From NCBI GenBank assembly GCA_021771915.1, contig JAETNY010000011.1:3473-67472 (forward strand): a DNA stretch of 64,000 bases, read 5' to 3'. The notes beneath the pieces were generated by a model, which was not told where the DNA came from, did no database searches, and saw only the letters and a list, made by a program, of their open reading frames with translations. This stretch comes from Bacillota bacterium. Lineage in GTDB: Bacteria > Bacillota > Dehalobacteriia > UBA4068 > UBA4997. Positions 29,201 to 36,300 of this stretch are shown here, in pieces; the first letter of the stretch is position 1, and every line of letters begins with the position of its first letter. The translations under genes and the position numbers were made by a program.

Positions 29201-30951
29201 GGCTCGCTTAAAAGCTGAGCGCATTTTTCCGCTTCAGCCGGGAAACCGCCGCCTTTAACCTTATTGACCTCCGCTTGAAGATAAGCAAACAAACCCTTTT
29301 CCTTGCCCTCATCGCTTAAATCTCTGGCAATATACCAAAGCCGCTCAGCAATCTGACGACGCTCATAGCCCAAAGCCTCGGCTACTTCCAACTCGCTTGC
29401 AAACTCACCAGCGTTAAGCAACTCGTCTATCCGCTCCGCCGCCTGCTCCCAGCTAACAACCTGCACATTTTTCCCATATCTGGCGCTGTCGCCGCGGCCA
29501 AGGCGAATACCCTCGTCCGCATACCACGCCGCAACATTGCCCTCATCACGCAGGAAACCGTTGCCGCCGTTAAACAGCCTGCTCAAATAGGCCGCTTTAT
29601 CTGACAACGGCTTTTGTTTAGAAAATTCTGCGGCAATCTGCATACGGTTATTTTTAGCATTGCCGCCAAACCGCAGTACATTGTCTATAACCTCTTGACT
29701 AAATGCTGGCGTAGGTATAAACGCAAAAGGAGCGGCCTTTTCAATGTCCGCCCTCTGCTGCTGTTCGCTTGGAATAGCTATATCAAAAAAGCTTAATTGT
29801 TCTGAACTTTCTGTTAGATCAGAACTATCTCCGCCAAGACTATTTCCTCCGCCTGCTGGCGCAGGCTGTTCATCAACCCCACCCACTTCAGGGGATTTTG
29901 CGCTTTCAACTCCTCTGTCAGCCCGGCTTTCACTGACATTTCGCTCATCAACTGTTCCAGCCTGCGGTTGGCCTCCGCCTCCACTTCCAGCAGGTGTTTG
30001 TTCAGCTGACCGTTCACGGAAAGGCTTGTCCACAGGACTGGCCTCTGCTCCCGCAGATACTTCCGCCGCAGCAGGCCGTATTTGCCCAGCGTTTGCATTT
30101 CCAACCCGTCCATACTCAACTCCGGCAATAGATAATCGCCCCTCTGCCGGTATGTCAGCTCGTTCATTTCCCGCACTTCGTTCATTTTGCTCAATCCTTT
30201 CTTGTTTATGTTCCCGCTCATAAGTTTTCACCACAATTTCAATCTGGCGTAAAACCTGCTCACTGCAATCGCTTACCGCCGCGCCCAACACCGCCACAGT
30301 TGCCGGTGTTGTAAAGTCAAAGATACTCAAAAATTCCTCATTCTCAAAATACAACTCTGGCGCGAGTCCGCAGCGAGAAAGCAGGGTATAGGCGATACTC
30401 ACTCTTGCCGCGTCCACATATTCAGCGGCAATATCTTCCTCCGGCAATCTGGATAAAGCGCTGCCAATGACCTCGCCTAAAATATCCTGTCGGTTTTGCT
30501 CCCAATATTCCGCCGCCATACCCTCGGCAATTTCTTTCAGCTGACCGGCCAAACCTAAGCTTTCCGAAACGCCGTACTCCTGTTCTAAGGCTGCACCTAC
30601 CGTCTCGCTGTGCCGCTGCTCATCATACTTCCACAAATAAGGCTTTCGTTTGCCGCCGGTATCCGCCACGTCAAACACATATTTAAGCCTTGGCTGGCCG
30701 CTGTTTTGGTCAATAAGGGCAATACCTTTAGAGCCGCGCCGCACATAGCGCTGCATACGCTTATTCCAAAAATCGTATTCGGCGCAAGCCTCGGCCTCCG
30801 GGCGCTGGGCATAGATTAACAACTGCTCGGCAAAGGGATATTTATACAGCCTGCCGGACAACCGTAGAAAATTCGTCCATTCCTCCCGGCTGGCCGTTAT
30901 CTGCCTTGCCGTATCCCCGGATAAAATTGTATAGCTTAATACCTTGTCCAT
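23281..30951 (-). CDS. Giant N6-adenine methyltransferase/SNF2 helicase fusion (DarB-like)
   Basis: LEPSCGVG, NVPF, AHEVGAGKT, ATGTPISN, QREGRIRRQGN. Confidence 0.93.
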   Translation of the reverse strand: MDKVLSYTILSGDTARQITASREEWTNFLRLSGRLYKYPFAEQLLIYAQRPEAEACAEYDFWNKRMQRYVRRGSKGIALIDQNSGQPRLKYVFDVADTGGKRKPYLWKYDEQRHSETVGAALEQEYGVSESLGLAGQLKEIAEGMAAEYWEQNRQDILGEVIGSALSRLPEEDIAAEYVDAARVSIAYTLLSRCGLAPELYFENEEFLSIFDFTTPATVAVLGAAVSDCSEQVLRQIEIVVKTYEREHKQERIEQNERSAGNERADIPAEGRLSIAGVEYGRVGNANAGQIRPAAAEVSAGAEASPVDKPFRERSAEQTPAGSGGGGQPQAGTVDERNVSESRADRGVESAKSPEVGGVDEQPAPAGGGNSLGGDSSDLTESSEQLSFFDIAIPSEQQQRADIEKAAPFAFIPTPAFSQEVIDNVLRFGGNAKNNRMQIAAEFSKQKPLSDKAAYLSRLFNGGNGFLRDEGNVAAWYADEGIRLGRGDSARYGKNVQVVSWEQAAERIDELLNAGEFASELEVAEALGYERRQIAERLWYIARDLSDEGKEKGLFAYLQAEVNKVKGGGFPAEAEKCAQLLSEPESRDRIIREYAEFLAAYKADHAVMRFNYWYVDEVQSLLQDLPLPRLEYKSQIVEVNEISQFITEDEINAALGEGGNVSGGKQRIYNFFQESHTAKEKADFLKNEYGTGGSIPVRSGWLEFGENHDSRGITFNKKHCPDVRLNWNMTAKRIDKIIEQGRYVTPEELAEWAEQAETRLQKTQSITVVETGKEIYTLPVVSAETESIIEPTPNSNVEIDEPEVLAEETAEVEVLPNEPKYTVGDTVYLDNKPFRIEEIDQYHIHLLDPTLVYPIGRVENKENFAWLLRQDKRNDFLFNREETTAIFDIKPEDIIDETPKNEFISEVEIVEPEVEIVEAVPVENYHITDDDLGAGGQKAKYAMNVAAIRTLKQIETENRQTTPEEQEILAKYVGWGALPEVFDSSKENWQAEYAELKELLIGEEYTAARESVLNAHYTSPTVIKAIYEGLSKLGFAGGKILEPSCGVGNFLGLLPEEMRNSQLYGVELDSLTGRIAKQLYPKANIQIKGFEETNFQDNSFDIAVGNVPFGNYSVFDPAYNRYNFSIHNYFFAKALAKIHPGGVLAFVTSRYTMDAKDSKVREYLAERADLLGAIRLPNNTFKNNAGTEVVSDIIFLQKREKLRDLSEDRPDWVNVGENADGFKINQYFLDRPEQVLGKASAVSTQYAAQDYTVIPIPGADLAEQLQGAISNIQGKYLPVMPDLDIEPLSEEVIDVSGVEIANYSFGVINGDIYYRIDNQNEKQNLGAAAKRRVKGLIDLRDCTRKLIALQMNEDTGDYEIKKQQYELNRLYDSFTAEFGLINDRANRLAFSQDSSYYLLCALEILDDKGRLKQKADMFSKRTIMPHKAPEKADTAIEAYAISISEKARIDLPYMMKLTGKTEEELTAELQGIIFFDPVWKQWQPADEYLSGNVRWKLKIAEAMAADNPALAINVEALQKVQPRDLEAQEIEVRLGTTWIPPAYFKQFMWEVLQTPRHLRNTVELVYSSYANEWRIERKSAIPFDDVAAYNTYGTERANAYKILEDSLNMRDVRIYDTVQMPEGGEKRVLNAKETTLAQQKQQALKDAFKDWIWHDPERRETLVNKYNEEMNCIRPREYDGSHINFVGMNPEITLREHQINAIARVLYGGNTLLAHEVGAGKTFEMAAAAMESKRLGLCHKSLFVVPNHLVEQWASEILRLYPAANVLVTNKRDFAKENRKKFCSRIATGNYDAIIIGQSQFEKIPISPERQERLLLAQIKELTAGIAELKENRGEHFSIKQMELGKKNLMEKLNKLYAQGNKRKDDVICFEELGVDRMFVDESDFYKNLFIYTKMRNVAGLSTTNAQKSSDMFAKCRYLDEITGGKGVIFATGTPISNSITEMYTIQRYLQYDKLQEMGMGHFDSWASRFGETATALELAPEGTGYRARTRFAKFFNVPELMNLFKETADIKTADQLNLPTPEVDYLTFAAKPTEHQKVMVKELSERAETIHKKMVDSRIDNMLKITSDGRKLGLDQRIINPDLPDEPGTKVNLCVENVLKYWREGEKDRLTQLVFCDISTPQKTFDGEPGFTDIYSDIKKKLIAGGMRPEQVAFIHEADTDVKKKELFVKVRSGQVRVLIGSTAKMGAGTNVQDRLIASHDLDCPWRPRDLIQREGRIRRQGNMNKKVHVCRYVTEATFDSYLWQTVETKQRFISQIMTSKSPVRTCEDVDEAALSYAEIKALCAGDPRIKERMELDVEVSKLKTMKANHQSQQFRLQDNLTKHFPRQIKETQEELAALQADKATALAHQHPSAGFIGMEIDGVTYHEKDKAGAALLQKCEKYTGTAPKKIGSYRGFGLYLSRHGFGQTLEMTLKGLLDHCTDLGKDVHGNIIRLDNALAHIDKKIQRREDKLINLQSQVQAAELEQNKPFEFEAELAQKNARLIELDMELNMDNMTAGPAPAANEPVQAEEKAIKPELAERARASVLERLRQPLPPRPEVAAAAIKPRHYGVEL
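29814..30185 (-). CDS. TnpV-family protein nested in an alternative frame of the helicase gene
   Basis: YRQRGDYLLPEL, GKYGLLRRKYL, GLTEELKAQNPLKWVGLMN; RBS gaaagga before ATG 30185. Confidence 0.8.
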   Translation of the reverse strand: MNEVREMNELTYRQRGDYLLPELSMDGLEMQTLGKYGLLRRKYLREQRPVLWTSLSVNGQLNKHLLEVEAEANRRLEQLMSEMSVKAGLTEELKAQNPLKWVGLMNSLRQQAEEIVLAEIVLI

Positions 30952-31094
30952 AATAAATTATTTCAACCCCCCAATCAAGTTTGTCATCGCTAAAATGAGC
31001 TTTTTAAGGCTCGTTTTATGCTTTTAGGATAAACCATACGCGCAACCCTAAAACCGCTCTCCCAAACCCTTGCTGCATAAGGCTTTTATTATCG

Positions 31095-31457
31095 CTAAAA
31101 GCTCATTTTTACACTTTGTTTTTTCCGCCGCCGCTCATATTCTGCCTGCCTTTTCCGCCGCATAGCAATCGCACATCCAGAACAATATTTTGCCCGGCCA
31201 GATTTAATCTGCAAGGATTTGCCGCAAACTACACAACGCCGTACATTGTCCGCTTTAGATATATCTGCACACAAAGCCGCACACTCCCGGTCAGGCAGAA
31301 CCGCCTCCTTGAAATAATTACACAGCAGCGTATACGAAGCGCTTTGCGGGCAAGGGCTATCCAGTATTAAACAGCGCCCCTTATCCCAATTAGCGCAAAG
31401 GGCGGCAATATGCGCTCTTGCCTGCCGCAGCTGCTTATCCGTCATAACTTCAGCCAT
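31095..31457 (-). CDS. Cysteine-rich VLP domain protein
   Basis: CANW...CPQ...CNYFKEAVLP...CVVCG...KYCSGC. Confidence 0.85.
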   Translation of the reverse strand: MAEVMTDKQLRQARAHIAALCANWDKGRCLILDSPCPQSASYTLLCNYFKEAVLPDRECAALCADISKADNVRRCVVCGKSLQIKSGRAKYCSGCAIAMRRKRQAEYERRRKKQSVKMSF

Positions 31458-33243
31458 TAGCAGACCTCCGCTGGACAGGCGGAAACAGCACTTCTACACC
31501 CTGAACGGCCTTGCTGTTCGCAACCAAACCGCCCACCATATCCGCAATCAACTGCATAAATTCGTCCTCTGGCAAATTGCCGCGCTCAACCTCCAACAGC
31601 TTTTGCTCCCATTCAGCGGTCAAAAGCGGCGATTGCAATTCCTCCGGCAGAACGGTGATGAGCGCCTTGCCCAGCTGGGTCGGCAGCAGATTGGCCGCTT
31701 TTTTACCCTTTTTACGCTCCAGCAGCCCCACATTCACCAGCTTTTCAATAATCCCAGCTCTAGTTGCCGGTGTACCTATACCTTTTCTCGCCGTCCCAAT
31801 AGGAATATCTTTTGCCCCGACTCTCTCCATTGCCGCTAACAGCGTATCCTCGGTGTAATGGGCTTTAGGCTCGGTTTTCCCCTGCTTAACTGCTACATTT
31901 TCAACCTGACGCGTTTGCCCCGCGACAACTTCACCGCTGAATTGCTCCAAAACCTTATCTTTCGGGCAATATTGCTGCCAACCATAGTCCAGCATTTCTT
32001 TAACGCTGGCTGTAAATACAGCGCCGCCGCACTCCGCCGTAATTTTAATCTGGGCATAGCGGCAGGGAGCGGCAACCGCCCGGAGCAGGCCGAAACAAAC
32101 CAGCCCCAAGACTGCCGCCTCCCCCTTGGGCAATTCAGCAACTTTATCTGGCGTTAAACTCTTGGTCGGAACAAGAGCGTGGTGATCGCTCACCTTGGCC
32201 GAATTGCAAACTTGGGCTGACAAAATTTCACCCGGCGCTTTCAAACCGCAGACCACTGAAGCAATCTCCGCTAAATCTGGCACAACGCTTGCCATATCCC
32301 CGGTCAGATAGCGGCTGTCCGTTCTCGGATAGCTTACCAGCTTTTTCTCATAGAGGGCTTGCAGATAATCCAGCGTTTGCTTGGCGGTATAGCCCAAACG
32401 CCGGTTAGCCTCCCTTTGCAGCGCGGTCAAGTCATAGAGCATCGGCGGCTTGTCCTCTTTCTTCTGCCGCTCCGCAGATTTTATGGTTATGTTTTCTTGA
32501 CGGCAAGCTGCTGCCAATGCCTCGGCTGCTTTTTTATCCGCCATTCTTTCACTTGTCAATTTCAAATTTTTAGCTTCAACCTCAACTGTATAGAATTTTT
32601 CTGGCTGAAAGGCGGCAATTTCCGCCTCCCTCGCCACAGTCAGAGCCAGAGTTGGCGACATCACCCGGCCAACGTGCAAAGTGCGGCCATAAAGCAGAGA
32701 AAACAGCCTAGTGCCGTTAATCCCCACCAGCCAATCCGCTTTTGCCCGGCAAAGCGCCGCCCTATAAAGCCCCTCGTATTCCTCGCCGGGTTTGAGGTTG
32801 GCAAACCCCACCCGGATAGCGCTTTCCTCCATACTGTTTATCCAAAGGCGCTTAACCGGCTTGCTGCAACCAGCCAGACAATAGACGCTGCGAAAGATGA
32901 GTTCACCCTCGCGCCCGGCGTCGCAGGCATTTATGACTTCGTCCACCTCATCTCGCCGCATAAGTTCCTGCAAGATTGCAAACTGCTTTTTGGTGCTGGC
33001 CGCAATCGTCATTCGCCAGCTGTTGCCTGGCAAAATGGGCAAATCCTCTCTGCGCCATTTGGCATAATTTTTGTTGTAAACCTCTGGTGCAGCCAGCCCG
33101 GCCAAATGCCCCACGCACCAGCTAACCAAATAACCGCCGCCCTCCATATAGCTCTCTTTGCGGGATTTTGCCCCCAGAACTTTCGCCAAACTCATCGCCA
33201 CGCTGGGTTTTTCTGCAATAACTAATTTCATTTTTTCTTTCAA
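31450..33243 (-). CDS. topB: DNA topoisomerase III (ICE type)
   Basis: IAEKPSVA, DAGREGE, SYPRTDS, GIGTPATRA. Confidence 0.93.
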   Translation of the reverse strand: MKEKMKLVIAEKPSVAMSLAKVLGAKSRKESYMEGGGYLVSWCVGHLAGLAAPEVYNKNYAKWRREDLPILPGNSWRMTIAASTKKQFAILQELMRRDEVDEVINACDAGREGELIFRSVYCLAGCSKPVKRLWINSMEESAIRVGFANLKPGEEYEGLYRAALCRAKADWLVGINGTRLFSLLYGRTLHVGRVMSPTLALTVAREAEIAAFQPEKFYTVEVEAKNLKLTSERMADKKAAEALAAACRQENITIKSAERQKKEDKPPMLYDLTALQREANRRLGYTAKQTLDYLQALYEKKLVSYPRTDSRYLTGDMASVVPDLAEIASVVCGLKAPGEILSAQVCNSAKVSDHHALVPTKSLTPDKVAELPKGEAAVLGLVCFGLLRAVAAPCRYAQIKITAECGGAVFTASVKEMLDYGWQQYCPKDKVLEQFSGEVVAGQTRQVENVAVKQGKTEPKAHYTEDTLLAAMERVGAKDIPIGTARKGIGTPATRAGIIEKLVNVGLLERKKGKKAANLLPTQLGKALITVLPEELQSPLLTAEWEQKLLEVERGNLPEDEFMQLIADMVGGLVANSKAVQGVEVLFPPVQRRSANG

Positions 33244-33275
33244 AATATCAACCTCCTAATTTGTGCAGATAGACA

Positions 33276-33313
33276 AAGAACTGCCCTGCGAAATATCTCA
33301 CAGGGCAGTTCTT
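33276..33313 (-). terminator. Terminator-like hairpin after the surface-protein gene
   Basis: aagaactgccctg/cagggcagttctt 13-bp stem. Confidence 0.72.
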
Positions 33314-33324
33314 ATCATCTAAAA

Positions 33325-36300
33325 CTATCTATTCCAACTTTCAGCGGTTTTATCTTTATTATCATAAACCGCCGTATGGCTGTTAGCCGCCTCCAGAATA
33401 GCGGCATATGCCCAGTGCTGGGTGTAAACATCGCTAAACAGATTGAGCCTGCGGCCGCTCTTGGCAATATATTCGCTGTCCGCCACTCGCCCCAGCAGAT
33501 TATTTATAAGCGTTACCGCCTCAGCACGGGTAATCTTGGCTTCAGCCTTAAAGCTGCCGTTGCCGCCTGTGCCCGCATGGGTATATCCCTGTACCCAACC
33601 GTAAAGCGCCGCCTCCTGAATGTAGTCCGCCGCCCAATAGCTGCCGGATACATCGTTGAAATTGTTTGCAGCAGCATTTTTAGCGTTGGTTACGTTTTGT
33701 TTTTCACCAACTACTTCAAAATAGCGCACTGCCATAGCCGTCAGTTCCGCCCGGCTAATATCTTCATTCGGCCTAAAGGCGCTCTTATCGCCAACAATAA
33801 CGCCGTAGCCCACCAGATAATTTACATAATCGGCATACCAAGCGTTGACGGTGGTATCCGCAAAGGGCGCATATTTGGCCGGGGAGATATTTTCATTTTT
33901 AGCCGCAGCCAGCAGCCGGGCAAAAATCGCCGAAGCCTCAGCGCGCGTCATTTGCGCTTCCGGCCTAAATGTACCGTCGGTATAGCCCACAATGTAGGCG
34001 CTGTGTTTTTCCGTTTTCGGTGCGCTTTCCGGGAGCAGCAGCTGGCCGTCCTTATCCGTTTCGCCCATGCCTTTCTGGTTTAAATCCCCCTTAACCGTTA
34101 CCGGTACATCAGGTTTGGCCTGCTGTTTCTGGTCGGTAATATCCACCAAAATCTGGTTTTTCTCGTCCATATCCACACCCTCTGGCAGCTGAATATTCAC
34201 ATCACCCTTTTTGGAAGTGTTTACTTCAGCGTTTTTAATCGGGCGGTTAGTGTCGCCCTTGCTGACCTTAACCGTCAAAGTCTGCTTAACGCCGTCGTCT
34301 GTCCGGCCAATAGTAACCACGCCGTCGCCATTGGTGTTGCCGGAAGTAGCCGGGACAATAAGCTGGCCGGTGTTGTCCGTTTTACCGGCAGAATAATTCT
34401 TATTCACATCGGTTACAGATACAGGCATAGAAGATACCGCTTTTAGATCCTCCTTGGTTTGCACTTTAACCGTTGTCTGTTCGGCATAGTCCAGCAGCCT
34501 ATTGCTGGGCAGATTTACGGAAATTGTATCGTCATTATTAAGGCTGACAACCGCTCCCGCTATCCGACTCGCCCCTCCGGGACTCGCTGGACTCCCTGCG
34601 GTCGCAGGATTTTTGCTATCTGTATCAGTTACGGTAACAAGATATTTGCCCACAACAGCTTCGCCCTTGCCGTCGGTTACCGACTGGTTATACACTCTTT
34701 CAATAGCTGCCGTTTCCACAACTGCGCCGCACTTGGTGCAAGCCTTATGTTTGCTACCCTCGGCGGTCAATGTGGGCTGCTTATCTACAATCCATTCTCC
34801 GGCGGTATGCCCAGTAGGGTCGGTATAATCTGCGGTGTAACTGTCGCTGCAATATTTGCAGGTAAAAGTAGTATATCCCATTGCCGTACAAGTAGCGGCT
34901 GTCGCCTTGCTCACATAATCGTGGCCGGTTGCCGGCTGCAAAATAGCGTTACATACGGTACAAATTTGCGGCTCGGTGCAGGTTGCGCTCGCTCCCGGCT
35001 TATGACCCAATGGAGATTCCGCCTCCAATCTATGCAGGCCGCAGCTTTCACAGCGGTATTCTGTCATTCCCTCGCCATTGCAAACAGAGTTAATAACCTT
35101 GGTGCCTGCGTCCCACTTATGACCGGCAGGCTCGGTGTAGTCGGCCACATAACTATCCTCGCAGTATTCGCAGGTATAGGTGGTGTAGCCTTTTTCCAAA
35201 CAGGTAGGCTCGCATACTTCCGGCAGATAGTTATGACCGGTAGGTTTGGTATATTCCGTTTTATAGCTGAAACCGCAGTTTTCACAGGTGAAAGTAGTAT
35301 AACCCATATCCAAGCAGCTGGCCGCTGTTATTTCTTCCTTAAAGGTATGCCCCAAAGCCTGCTGGAGGATTGCCCCACAGGTGGTGCAAACCTGCGGTTC
35401 ATTACAGTTAGCCGCTTCGCCCGGCGTATGCCCTAAAGCGGATTCCGCCTCCAGCCGCACCTCGTTACAGTTCTCACAACGGTATTCCGTCATACCATCG
35501 CTATTGCAGGCAGAGCCGACAACAGTTTTGCCGCCGTCCCATTTATGGCCGGTGGCCTCAGTGTAATCGCTGACATAGCTGTCGCCGCAGCGGTCGCAGG
35601 TGAAAGTAGTGTATCCGCCCTCGGTGCAGGTAGCCGAAGTAACCTCCGGCAGATAATTATGCCCCAAGGGTTTGGTATATTCCGACTTATAGGCGTAACC
35701 GCAGCCCTCGCATACATAATCGGTATAGCCCATATCCAAACAAGTGGCCGGGGTTACTTTTTCCACAAACTTATGCCCCAAAGCCTGCTGGAGGATAGCG
35801 CCGCAGTCGGTACAAATCTGCGCTTCAGTGCAGGTTGCCGCTTTGCCCGGCGTATGGCCTGCCGCCGCTTCATTTTCCAACCTTACCGCCTCGCAGTTTG
35901 CACAACGGTATTCGGTCATTCCCTCGCCGCCGCAGGTGGGACTAACCACCTTATGGCCGCCGTCCCATTTATGACCAGTGGCTTCAGTATAATCGCTGAC
36001 ATAGCTATCTCCGCACTTGGTGCAGGTATAGGTGGTATACCCCTCCGCCAAACAAGTGGGAGCGGTAACATCTTTAGCGTAATTATGCCCCAGATGGTCG
36101 GTATAATCGGTTTTATAGGCAAGGCCGCAGTCTTTGCAGGTTACGGTAGTATAGCCAATGTTAGTGCAGGTGGGCGCAGTAACATTCTGCTCCAGCCTAT
36201 GCCCTTTGGCGTTCTGCAAAACCGCTCCGCACTTGGTGCAAAGCTGTGCTTCTGTGCAGGTAGCAGCCACGCCCGGCGTATGCCCGGAGGCGCTGGCCGT

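Noticed and set aside
32359-33225. 288-aa plus-strand ORF opposite topB
   Set aside because: Antisense shadow ORF
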